A stretch of DNA of 64,000 bases from Bdellovibrionales bacterium (GTDB lineage Bacteria; Bdellovibrionota; Bdellovibrionia; Bdellovibrionales; UBA1609). The position numbers and the translations under genes were made by a program. The stretch lies in the NCBI GenBank assembly GCA_965261545.1, contig CBDHDF010000011.1, positions 832,001 through 896,000 of the forward strand, given 5' to 3'. Position 1 is the first letter of the stretch; each line of letters starts with the position of its first letter. A model generated the notes under the pieces. The model searched no databases, was not told where the DNA came from, and was given only the letters and a program-made list of their open reading frames with translations. Below, piece by piece: positions 21,613 through 31,580 of the stretch.

Positions 21613-23079
21613 ATGATTAGTCAATACACTTTCGGCCGCATTCGTGACCTGAGTCACAGTGGTAAAAATAAGACAGAAATATCTCGTGAATTAGGGATCA
21701 ATCGTAAGACGGTGCGCAAGTACTGTGAGTCCAACACCCCACCGAAGTACAAGGCGAGGTCCAAAAGAACTCGCCCAGATCCCCTTAATGGATATATGGA
21801 TCGGGTGAAGTACTTTTTGAAGTTGAACCCAAGTAACACCGCCCGTGAAATATATGAGCTATTAGTTGAGGAGGGTTATCGTGGGAGTGAGAGAACGGTT
21901 CAGAGAAGAGTTTGTGAGATTCTTGGTTCTCGCCCCAAGGAGCGTTTTTTCAGCCAAAGATATGATCCTGGAGAACAGGCTCAGTTTGATTTTAAGGAGA
22001 AGGTTGCTTTACCATTTGCCGATGGTGTTCAGATCGTTCATCTCCATTTTGGAACATTGCCTTGTAGTGGCACCTGTTGGGTTCGTGCCTACCCCTTTCT
22101 TGTCTATGAGTGTTTCATCGATGGGGTGCATGCTTTTTTTGAAAAGATAGGTGGGATGAGTGCGAACATCCGTATTGATAATTTATCTCCCTGTGTGAAG
22201 AAAGTTCTTAAAGGAAATCAGCGAATTTACACCCAATCTTTTGATCGAGCCATCCAATACTATGGATTTAAGGTTCTTCCCTGCCGCGCAGGGAAGGGCT
22301 CTGACAAGGGAGATGTGGAGCGTGATATTCGAACCTTCAGTTCTCGGATAAAAAATATTGTTAGAAACAAAGGAATTGTTTTTAAAGACTGGGATCATTT
22401 GAATCAGTTTTTAGAGTCTTATATGGATCAGCATCAGAGTGACTCCACCAAATCTCGCTTTGAGGAGGAGGCCAAAGTTCTTAAGCCTTTGCCTCCACGA
22501 GATGAAGATATTCTCTGTAAGGTGAATATTTGTCAAAGTAATGGTTATGGGACTTTGAGAATAGGTAAAACCACATATTCCATACCTGATGAGGTGATCC
22601 AAGCTCCCTGTAAAACCGTACAGGGTCCCTATCATGTCACGATCTATCGTGCAGGAGGGAAGCAAGAAATTGTCGCTCGCCATCAAAGAAAACCTGATGG
22701 GGAGCATAGTCTTCTTCTTGAACATATCCTTCCCTCTTTAGTTCGTAAGCCGCAAGCCATGGTAAGATGGGCTCACCGATCCATTCTTTTTCCAACAAAT
22801 GTGTTTGAAAATTTTTATCAATACCTCAAGCAACAAGATTCAAGCCGTGCCGAGCATGAATATTTAAGAGTTATCAACTTGATTCAGCATGTGAGTTGGC
22901 AGGACTTATCTACAGCCATGGAGCTTCAATTAGAAAGTCGTGAGATTTTCGACTTTAAATCCATAAAAGATTTGCTCTTAGGAAATCCCACCAAAATTAA
23001 TTTGAATGACCAACAAAAACCACTTCAACCTAGATTGTCTCAATATGACAGTCTTGTTCCAAACATAGGAGGTTCTTAA
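21613..23079 (+). CDS. istA: IS21 transposase IstA
   Basis: HTH EISRELGINRKTVRKY, PGEQAQFDF, RIDN and KGDVER motifs; start chosen after RBS GAGGAGG at 21601 (ORF track starts at 21475). Confidence 0.9.
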   Translation: MISQYTFGRIRDLSHSGKNKTEISRELGINRKTVRKYCESNTPPKYKARSKRTRPDPLNGYMDRVKYFLKLNPSNTAREIYELLVEEGYRGSERTVQRRVCEILGSRPKERFFSQRYDPGEQAQFDFKEKVALPFADGVQIVHLHFGTLPCSGTCWVRAYPFLVYECFIDGVHAFFEKIGGMSANIRIDNLSPCVKKVLKGNQRIYTQSFDRAIQYYGFKVLPCRAGKGSDKGDVERDIRTFSSRIKNIVRNKGIVFKDWDHLNQFLESYMDQHQSDSTKSRFEEEAKVLKPLPPRDEDILCKVNICQSNGYGTLRIGKTTYSIPDEVIQAPCKTVQGPYHVTIYRAGGKQEIVARHQRKPDGEHSLLLEHILPSLVRKPQAMVRWAHRSILFPTNVFENFYQYLKQQDSSRAEHEYLRVINLIQHVSWQDLSTAMELQLESREIFDFKSIKDLLLGNPTKINLNDQQKPLQPRLSQYDSLVPNIGGS

Positions 23080-23861
23080 TGAATCACGAAGAACTTATAG
23101 GTTCTCTTAAAAAACTCCGACTTCCAGCGATGGCGGATGAATATGTTGCAACGGCTAGAGTTGCCGAAAAAACAAAAAAGACGTATGAACAGTATTTAGG
23201 TATACTCGTTCAAAATGAGCTTGCTGACAAGCATTCCCAGAGAGTGAAAAGATTGCTTAAGGGGGCCAAGCTTCCTCAACTTAAATCACTCCAAACTTAT
23301 AACTTCCAGAAAAGAACGGGAGTGACAGCTCAGCAAATTAATTGGATGGCAGAGGGAGAGTGGGTCAGAAAAGCCTGTAATGTTGTGTTTTACGGAAGCT
23401 TTGGAATGGGGAAAAGTCATTTGGCCATGTCCCTAGTTCGTTCACTCTGTGAACAAGGCTATCGATGTTTATGGGTCACCACTCATGAACTTATTGAAAC
23501 AATGCGTGAAAGCAAGAAAGAACTCTCATTGAATGCTCTTTTTAAGAAATTAGACCGTTTTGATCTTATTGCTTGTGATGAACTTGGCTATACAGCTTCC
23601 TGCACAGAGGGGGCAGATCTTTTCTTTCAATTCATATCTCAGCGATATGAAAGGAAAAGTCTCATGATCACTACAAACTTAACATACTCTGAATGGGATA
23701 AGGTGTTTCTTAACCCTATTACCACCGCTGCTGCTGTTGATCGAATCATTCACAACTGTGAAACCCTCAACATTGAAGGAAAAGAAAGTTGGAGAACCGA
23801 ATCGGCAAAAGCCAAGTCTAAACAGAGCAAAGAGGAAAGTTCAACCAAAGAAGTTCATTAG
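23079..23861 (+). CDS. istB: IS21 helper ATPase IstB
   Basis: Walker A GSFGMGKS, Walker B LIACDELGY, AAVDRIIH. Confidence 0.93.
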   Translation: MNHEELIGSLKKLRLPAMADEYVATARVAEKTKKTYEQYLGILVQNELADKHSQRVKRLLKGAKLPQLKSLQTYNFQKRTGVTAQQINWMAEGEWVRKACNVVFYGSFGMGKSHLAMSLVRSLCEQGYRCLWVTTHELIETMRESKKELSLNALFKKLDRFDLIACDELGYTASCTEGADLFFQFISQRYERKSLMITTNLTYSEWDKVFLNPITTAAAVDRIIHNCETLNIEGKESWRTESAKAKSKQSKEESSTKEVH

Positions 23862-23888
23862 AGATCCCCACTTTTGGGGAAGGAACTC

Positions 23889-23986
23889 GCCAGTTATCCA
23901 CAAAATTTATCCACAGCAGCACTGCGTTGCTAGACATCGGGGTCACAGCCGCAGTGTCGCCATGGATAAATTTATGGATAACTGGC
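23889..23986. repeat. Long imperfect palindrome containing DnaA-box sequences in the IS21-A right arm
   Basis: TTATCCACA at 23894-23902 and 23907-23915, mirrored by CATGGATAA and TATGGATAA; copies at about 37861-37958 and 44820-44917. Confidence 0.7.
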
Positions 23987-25040
23987 TTTTACCGTACTAT
24001 TTGCTCGTCACTCTCGCGGAGCTTTAGACATTAGCTGCGCCAAGGAATCCTGAAAAATACTCCATTTACCTCTGCCATAGGGCTGAAGGATGCATTTGGG
24101 GTCATGCCAAAAGTGGTGGGCAGAAAATCATTCCTCAGAATCTTGTGGCATAGTCCGAGTTAAATGATGAGCAAAATAAAGACACTTGACTAAACTCTGA
24201 ACGAAGAATAACTAAATCAGTACATCATCAACTGGCCGTTTTTCATTGGCGACGGCTTCTAAAAATGGCCAATTTTAATTGGCGCCTAACAATCTACAGA
24301 AAATATAAATACATCTTTCAACCCTCGATTTTGCAGCTCAGTCAAAACACTCAACCAAAACTTTGAACCCTCATTTTCAGAAATCCATAGGCCCAACAAG
24401 TCTTTCTGACCCTCCTCTGTAATACCAAGAGCTAGGTAAATCGCCTTATTAATAACTCTCTTGTCTTGATGGACCTTCACCACGATACAGTCCAAAAATA
24501 CGATAGGGTAAGTGCTATCCAAGGGGCGGTTCTGCCAAGCCGTAACTTCATCAATAACAGCATCCGTCACGTTGGCTATCACTGAGTGGGATATCTCTGC
24601 ACCATGGTAGAGGTCTTTGATAGCTCCTTGAATATCCCTGGTCGTCATTCCCCTCGCATAGAGGGTCAGGATACTGTCTTCAAAGCCCTCAAGACGAGTC
24701 TTACCCTTGGGAATGACTTGAGGTTCAAAGGAGGCACTTCGGTCACGGGGGACCTGAAGCTCCACCTCGCCTTTCTCTCCCTTTATGGTCTTTCTACTGT
24801 AACCATTGCGAGTGTTGGATTTGCGGGTCTCAGACTTCTCATGCCTCTCATAACCTAGGTGATCGTCCATTTCCGCATTAAGGGCCGTCTCTAAAACAAC
24901 CTTCATCAGTTGACCCGTTATGTCGGATAAATCCTTTTGGGTCTTGACGTTCTTCGCTAGTTCCTTGCCTATTGTCTTGATATCCATTCTGCCTTCTCCT
25001 TTCAGGATGATAGTTCATCCTAATATGATTCGGCAGTTAC

Positions 25041-27585
25041 ACAAAATAGTTTACAGGCTCTTCGGTTAAGGATTTGAACCTCTAACTCCTCGGGGGTGGG
25101 CTAACCCCAAGTTTTTTTCTTTGATCCATGTGATTATCCGTTGGCCATAGCCCCCCTAACCTCTTTACTGGGTCTCCATACTCCGATGGGTTTTCTAGAA
25201 ACTCGGTCGTAATGCCTATTCGGACGTAGCCTTTGTCGGCAGGTCTTCATATTTGTAATGATGCAATTGAGGGTTTTACTAAGCACTACCTTTTGTTGAA
25301 GAAAAAGACTTTCAATATTTCTTGCAATTGTCAGTAAATTGTTTTTAAAGTTTGTCTGCATGGTTTGTTTTTTACTATGGGATTGAGATGTATTAAGACG
25401 GTCTTCCGTGTAGTTGGAAAATAATCTTGTCAGAGTGATAAGTGTGAAGTGTGCAAACAATTCTTGTTTGACTCCCCTTTCACTTTGAGAATGAAACTCT
25501 TCAATGGTCATCAGTTCTTTGGATATTTTGTACAGTTCCTCTATACTCCAGCGTCCATGATAGAGATTGGCCAGATCATCAATGGAATATTTTTTTTGAT
25601 CCATTAAGGTTGTTCCTAGAACAAAAGTAGTTTGTCCAATTTTATATTTGACCAAACGCAAAGCGTAGGCTTTGAAGTCGTCTTGTGGCTTTTTTTTATG
25701 TAGTTCTTTCAGAATTTGCTTGCTAGGAATGACTTGGATCACTGAGTCTTTTTGATCATTATTAATAAATTCATCAAAAACAGTGTTGGCATTTCTCCTT
25801 ATCCTAAACACCGCATGCAGACTTCGCACCTTATGCTCATGAAGCATTTCGTAGGAATAATAGCCACGATCATAAACCACAACATCGTTTTCAAACAATT
25901 TTTTGAAATGAGTTTGTGCAGCCTTTCTCTCATTGTTATGGGCAAAGAGATCAAAATCCACAGGAATCTTCGACTGTAGTTGGTACAGGCAACTGACAAG
26001 ACCTTGAGGGTACCATGCTTTTTCCCATGGTTGCTGATACCCATTATCTACGAGTTGACGTGGTAAATTTATTTTGGATCCATCCACTGCGAAAACCTTA
26101 TGGCCCTTCCATAAGGTACTAGAATTGGATATACCGTCTTGTTTAAGAATTTCATCATGCAAAACTTTAAATATATTTTCATCTACTTTAGCCCGTGCAC
26201 TACACATAGTGGATGCCCGAACTGGTTTAGGTTGAGGGAGTTCAATGTCTAATATGCGACACTGCTCCCAAAGTTCAATCAAAGTTGTATCATAACCTTG
26301 TTTTCCTTTAGAGAAAACAAGTCGGAAGATGAAAAGTATAATCAACAATGTATTCAAGACACGTTGACGCTTTTGCCAGGTTCGGTCGTACTCATCTGCA
26401 ATGATAACCACTGTCTTGATGATGTTTTGCCAAAGATGCACAAAAGAGTCCTCTAGCATAGGCTCAGCCAAGTTCTTATGTGGCTTGATGGTGGGTTTCC
26501 CGACGGGTTTCTTGATAGCGCATTGGGGGCCATTCAATAAGATAGACTGATAATTCTTTGTCAGAGGTTGAACATAAACACCTTTTTGAGTTTTTCCCTT
26601 TACATTTTTGTAGGCACGACTCCCATTTGTTTTGCCCAAATAAAGCCAGTTGGCAGCACGATAGCTCGTGGCATTAAATTTGGTAAGGTCGACAAAAGTC
26701 TCCATGAGTACAGGTTTGAAAGCATGTTTTAACTCCCAGTCTGTGGGAAGTTGGCGAGTTGCCATAGATAAAGCCATCGAAGCAAGATGGCGAACCTTTA
26801 CCCAGGGAAAGATCAAAAATCGACTATTGTTCACCACTAAATTCAAGTGCTTTTTGTAAGCTCGATTTTGCCAACCGATCCATTCATCACGGCAAGGCAA
26901 AGTGGATGTGCCAGCTTCAAATAAAAGACAACCCAATCTTCGCCCACAATTATCTAAGATGAAATAGCGTAAGTGGGGACCAAAGGGACGTCTGTAATTG
27001 AGATAATGATGCCGATCGACAACTTCATTCCATTCCTTAATGGCCTCTTGATCAGTTACGATTTGCAAAGAAAGTGGGGTCAATGAGTCTAGTTTATCGT
27101 TGATGAGAGGCTTTTCATCTGTTCGGTGTGTCCAAGTGATTTTTTTGGAGGGGACACTCCGCTTTGACATGTCTTTTTCTGGCAGGGATAGAATGTCAAG
27201 TTCCTCTAGCGTCTCAAGCATACGAAGGCACGATTGGATGCGATGATCACCTTTGGGAGTTAGCCAACCAAGATGCTCACAAACTGTATAACCCAGTTCA
27301 CGGCGACTTAAAGAAGGAAATAGCGCCACCGTCTTTTGAATGTCGGCAATTTGCTTGCGCGTCAAGCGTCTTCCAAAAAAAGTTGTTGAAGGCAATGTCT
27401 CTATGCGTGGGTCCATTTGAGTCTCTCCCCTTTGGGAATGGTTCAAATATAATGTGACACAACGATGGGGTGGACTCAAGTATTTTTTTTCGGAAAAAGA
27501 AAAAAGATAAAAGCCCCCTTAACTCAGTATGTTAGAGGGAGTCAGAAAAATGTGGAAAAATCTTCTGCAAAAACGAATGCCATTG
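25041..27585 (-). mobile_element. IS4-family element encoding a DUF4338-transposase fusion
   Basis: Left end CAATGGCATTCG at 27585 (minus strand); probable clipped right end TTCGGTTAAG at 25041, abutting IS256. Confidence 0.75.
25134..27416 (-). CDS. DUF4338 (DruA-like) domain fused to IS4 DDE transposase (about 760 aa)
   Basis: N-half HHYL..RRPFG.HLRY, CRDEWIGW, NNSRFLIFPW, LMETFVD, YRAANW; C-half FAVDGS, VYDRGY, YHGRWSIEELYK; no stop between them. Confidence 0.85.
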   Translation of the reverse strand: MDPRIETLPSTTFFGRRLTRKQIADIQKTVALFPSLSRRELGYTVCEHLGWLTPKGDHRIQSCLRMLETLEELDILSLPEKDMSKRSVPSKKITWTHRTDEKPLINDKLDSLTPLSLQIVTDQEAIKEWNEVVDRHHYLNYRRPFGPHLRYFILDNCGRRLGCLLFEAGTSTLPCRDEWIGWQNRAYKKHLNLVVNNSRFLIFPWVKVRHLASMALSMATRQLPTDWELKHAFKPVLMETFVDLTKFNATSYRAANWLYLGKTNGSRAYKNVKGKTQKGVYVQPLTKNYQSILLNGPQCAIKKPVGKPTIKPHKNLAEPMLEDSFVHLWQNIIKTVVIIADEYDRTWQKRQRVLNTLLIILFIFRLVFSKGKQGYDTTLIELWEQCRILDIELPQPKPVRASTMCSARAKVDENIFKVLHDEILKQDGISNSSTLWKGHKVFAVDGSKINLPRQLVDNGYQQPWEKAWYPQGLVSCLYQLQSKIPVDFDLFAHNNERKAAQTHFKKLFENDVVVYDRGYYSYEMLHEHKVRSLHAVFRIRRNANTVFDEFINNDQKDSVIQVIPSKQILKELHKKKPQDDFKAYALRLVKYKIGQTTFVLGTTLMDQKKYSIDDLANLYHGRWSIEELYKISKELMTIEEFHSQSERGVKQELFAHFTLITLTRLFSNYTEDRLNTSQSHSKKQTMQTNFKNNLLTIARNIESLFLQQKVVLSKTLNCIITNMKTCRQRLRPNRHYDRVSRKPIGVWRPSKEVRGAMANG

Positions 27586-29010
27586 TCTATGCGAGGGGAA
27601 TGACGACCAGGGATATTCAAGGAGCTATCAAAGACCTCTACCATGGTGCAGAGATATCCCACTCAGTGATAGCCAACGTGACGGATGCTGTTATTGATGA
27701 AGTTACGGCTTGGCAGAACCGCCCCTTGGATAGCACTTACCCTATCGTATTTTTGGACTGTATCGTGGTGAAGGTCCATCAAGACAAGAGAGTTATTAAT
27801 AAGGCGATTTACCTAGCTCTTGGTATTACAGAGGAGGGTCAGAAAGACTTGTTGGGCCTATGGATTTCTGAAAATGAGGGTTCAAAGTTTTGGTTGAGTG
27901 TTTTGACTGAGCTGCAAAATCGAGGGTTGAAAGACGTATTTATATTTTCTGTAGATGGTCTTACAGGTTTTCCTCAAGCCATTTCAGCGGCTTTTCCCAA
28001 GTCTAAAGTGCAACTGTGCATTGTCCATATGGTCCGCAATTCCCTTCGCTATGTTCCTTCCAAGGATATGAAAGCTGTCGCCCAAGACCTCAAGTCCATT
28101 TATGGCTCTACGACTCTGACAGAAGCTGAAAAGGCCCTTGAGGAATTTTGTACCAAGTGGTCTTCAAAGTATCCGAATATTGAAAAGTCTTGGCGTAGGA
28201 ATTGGGACAATCTCATCACTATTTTCGATTATCCGGATGAAATCAGAAAGATTTTTTATACCACAAACGCCATAGAGTCGTTAAATAGCGTGATCCGCAA
28301 GGCGATCAGAAATCGTAAGATATTTCCCAGTGATCGGTCGGCTTTAAAAGTTGTATATTTAGCGATAAAAATGGCCTCTAAGCGATGGACACGACCATTA
28401 CACAACTGGAAGCCAGCCATGAACAGGTTTGCCATTGAATACGGTGACCGTTTTGACAACTAAGTTTTTTAATAAATAAGGTCCCCTTATAAGGGGGCTT
28501 AAAAGCCCTCTAAGGCGTTGAGAAATGCTGGAATACGAGACTATGGAGGGTAATATAGTATGGGAACCTAAATACATGCCCTCTTGGTGCAGACTTGGGT
28601 TTCCATTTTTTTTCATATTTCATCCCAATGCTGGTATTTCTCGAATATCACAAGTTAAAAAAAATAAAAAAAAGGGGGTAATATAGTATGGGAACCTAAA
28701 CACATGAACCCTTTGATGAGATTGGAATTTCCATTTTTTTGAGAGAGCTATTGCTGATTTTTTTCCAACCAAGATGATAATTATTTATTTGAGTTCTTTC
28801 CAGTTCTGATATGATCCCATTACGGCTCCATCTCCCCATTAAATTATAATGCATTGTGACTGACAAAATCGCTTGAAGGAAAAAATGTCAATTATACATT
28901 GACGAATAATATGGGGCTGTGCTTTTTACCAGGAGTGGAGCCACATAAGTGGCTTTAAGATTTAAGATTTAAGAAAAAAATTGCAGTTACACAATTATTT
29001 TTACAGTCCC
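27586..29010 (+). pseudogene. IS256-family element, copy 2, 5'-truncated
   Basis: Matches copy 1 from YARGMTT to the stop at 28463; right end TTACAGTCCC at 29010. Confidence 0.88.
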
Positions 29011-30074
29011 ATGTTTTTCGCCGTCGGTAGTTTGTGTCATAAATTTCATGGGAGAATATCTTGATCTTCTCTATCAAAATATTTAAATACTTTTGAGATG
29101 AGCTTAGGAGATATTTGATAAAATCAGAGGCTAATAAGACGGTAACCTTAGCAACTCTTTGAAACGATGTGGAGTCATTTTGTTCCTTATTGAGTTTAGT
29201 TCTTCCTATCCTCAAAACAACACTTGATGTGAGGTGAGCCGCTAATGAAGCAAGAAGAAGACTCTCTATGATATTTTGATCGTTTGAGGTGATCTGATTT
29301 GCATTCAAAGAATTCTTACAAGATTTGAAAATAAGTTCACATTGCCAACGTAAACGATAAATTGGATATATGGACTCCGCTGCCACATCTAAATTCGTGC
29401 AATACCAATGATAGCGTTTTTCGGAGGAATTCCAGAAGCCTACAATTCTCAAACTTACCCATTTACCATTGGACAAGACACTGCCTATAAATTCAACAAC
29501 ATCGTTTTTTTTCTTGAGTTTAATATCAGAGAACTCTTTTCCAACATAGTAATCTGGCAAACCTTCAACAACAGCATCAATAAGAATAGAGGCATTTGAC
29601 TTCACTCTAGACAAGAAAAATCCTTTAGCTTCATGAATAGATGACAATAAGCCATAGTCCCAATATCCCAAATCAAAGATGACTAATTTTCCAACGAGTT
29701 CCTTTATATCAGGAAAGCACTTCCTATCGTTAGTGGAAGACGGAGTTAATTCGAACCAAGTCATTATACCACTGAATAAACTGAAACAAGCGTGCCATTT
29801 AATTCCTGCGTTTGTTCTTGTCCCTGGAAAATTCTCAGATGCTCCATCCCAAAGGCTTATTGTGCTTGAGTCAACGTAACATTCATGGGGGCGCCTTGCT
29901 TCCCCACCCACGCCCATGAATCTTATCTAGGCCCCCACTTCTTTGCACGAAGCAACTCGGTGGACAGCTTCGCTGGTCTATATAATTGGCCTCTTTTAGT
30001 TACTCTGGACTTTTGATTGTATTTTTGTCATGTATGATTCCGATACAATAAAGGATAAAGCAATAACATTATTG

Positions 30075-30261
30075 GAAGGTGATAAGATGAGTGGCCGTTG
30101 AATAGATTGGTAATTTTAATTCCGTGAAGTAACATGGTCTTGAGCTTTGGATCGAACCCACGCATGTACCTGCACTCTGAGTGTATGGACGTATAGTAAG
30201 TTGACCTATTTTCGCTTTAGAATTTATGGCAAAATCCCAAGGCTCTAGTTTTATCACCTTC
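30075..30261 (+). ncRNA. Candidate IS110 bridge RNA
   Basis: Enclosed by GAAGGTGATAA/TTATCACCTTC stem; two stem-loops whose internal loops match the target and donor junctions; exact ends unknown. Confidence 0.65.
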
Positions 30262-30289
30262 TTTTTTTCTAACAGAAAGGAGGAGTCAT

Positions 30290-31492
30290 GTGGATATTAT
30301 TTATAGTTCTGTTTGTGGAATAGATGTTCATCAACATATGTTGATGTGTACGATTGTCAAAGTGGAAGACGGTAAGAAGAAGTTTTTCACAAAAGAGTTC
30401 AAGAATTTTCCAAAAAATTTTCCTAGAATGCGCTCTTGGATGAAGCCACATAAGGTTGAGAGAGTTCTTTTTGAGAGCACAGGGATTTATTGGAATTCTT
30501 TATACGATGATTTGACAGAAAAAGGTTATGAAGTAGATGTTATCAATGCCTTTCATGTCAAAAATATTACTGGTAAAAAAACTGACGTGTTGGATAGCCA
30601 GTGGATTGCAGAGCTTGGTGCTTGTGGTCTTCTAAGAGCTAGCTTCATTCCTCCACGTGAGATTCGTTCTATTAGACTTTTGGCTCGTTATCGTACAAAA
30701 ACGATCCGCCAAATATCTTCGGAACAAAATCGTATGTATAAGGTTCTTGAATATTCAGGCATTCGTTTAACCTATGCAATGTCTAAAGCTGACTGCGTAT
30801 CTGGTATGGCCATGATTCGTGCCATAGCTAATGGAGAGAGATCAGTTTCTAAATTGATGTCTCTTGCCAGAGGGTCTTTACGTCAAAAGACCGAAGAATT
30901 TTCTTACGCCCTGTCGGGAAAGATGACGGAAGAAAATCGTTTTGTTCTTCAACGCATTCTTGATCGAATAGATTTTTTGAAAAAAGAATGCTCTCAAATT
31001 GAAGAAGAACTTTTCATTCGTATGAAACCCTATGAAAGGCAGTGGCATCTACTCCAGACTATACCTGGAATTGACGAATTAAGTGCAGCGCTTTTGATTG
31101 CAGAAATAGGAGGCAATGTGAAGTCTTTTAAAAATAAAGGAAATTTTTGCTCCTGGATGGGGATTTGCCCATCCAATAATGAGAGCGCAGGAAAAAAAAA
31201 GTCTTCACGAACGAGGAAAGCGAACACATATGTGAAATCGTTGGTATGTGAGATGGCCAATAGTGCTATTAAGACGAATTCACAATTCAAAGGCAAATAC
31301 CAATCACTTGTTATAAGGCGTGGGCACAAGAGATCAGTGATTGCCGTTGGTCACAAAATGATGGGAGTTGTTTATTCAGTCATAAGTAATGACACCCCCT
31401 ACAAAGACCCTGGAATTGACTATGAAAAGCTCATGGTGAAAAAAAATGCACCAAGGTGGATTAGAGCGTTAAAAAAGTATGATTTCATGTAA
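30290..31492 (+). CDS. IS110-family DEDD recombinase (400 aa)
   Basis: GIDVH, FESTGIYW, KKTDVLDS, TIPGI and ESAGK motifs. Confidence 0.93.
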   Translation: MDIIYSSVCGIDVHQHMLMCTIVKVEDGKKKFFTKEFKNFPKNFPRMRSWMKPHKVERVLFESTGIYWNSLYDDLTEKGYEVDVINAFHVKNITGKKTDVLDSQWIAELGACGLLRASFIPPREIRSIRLLARYRTKTIRQISSEQNRMYKVLEYSGIRLTYAMSKADCVSGMAMIRAIANGERSVSKLMSLARGSLRQKTEEFSYALSGKMTEENRFVLQRILDRIDFLKKECSQIEEELFIRMKPYERQWHLLQTIPGIDELSAALLIAEIGGNVKSFKNKGNFCSWMGICPSNNESAGKKKSSRTRKANTYVKSLVCEMANSAIKTNSQFKGKYQSLVIRRGHKRSVIAVGHKMMGVVYSVISNDTPYKDPGIDYEKLMVKKNAPRWIRALKKYDFM

Positions 31493-31580
31493 TGTAGGAT
31501 GATTTAAAAACTCGGACATTTGAAAAAATTCGAAGAACGGATAGTGGATTCGTGCGTCCAAACTACCCCGGAGATTCATA

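Larger units (their letters stand above)
21046..24291 (+). mobile_element. IS21-family element A, copy 1 (intact)
   Basis: TGTTAG...CTAACA ends with internal GTCGCCAAT repeats; TSD ATCTAC at 21040-21045 and 24292-24297. Confidence 0.93.
17769..25040 (-). mobile_element. IS256-family element, copy 1, interrupted by ISNCY copy 3 and IS21-A copy 1
   Basis: Ends GGGACTGTAAAAATAATTGTGTAAC and GTTACACAAAATAGTTTACAGGCTC; transposase halves at 24292-24987 and 20533-21045 (RNGYS, VPRDR, VFLDC, QLCIVH, TTNAIES). Confidence 0.88.

Noticed and set aside
25134..27416. Complete Druantia defence system
   Set aside because: No DruE-type helicase or other dru genes in the window.
27465..27585. Novel N-terminus on the 332-aa IS256 ORF (also the chimeric starts at 10280, 21135 and 29917)
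   Set aside because: Chance read-in from neighbouring IS ends into truncated genes.
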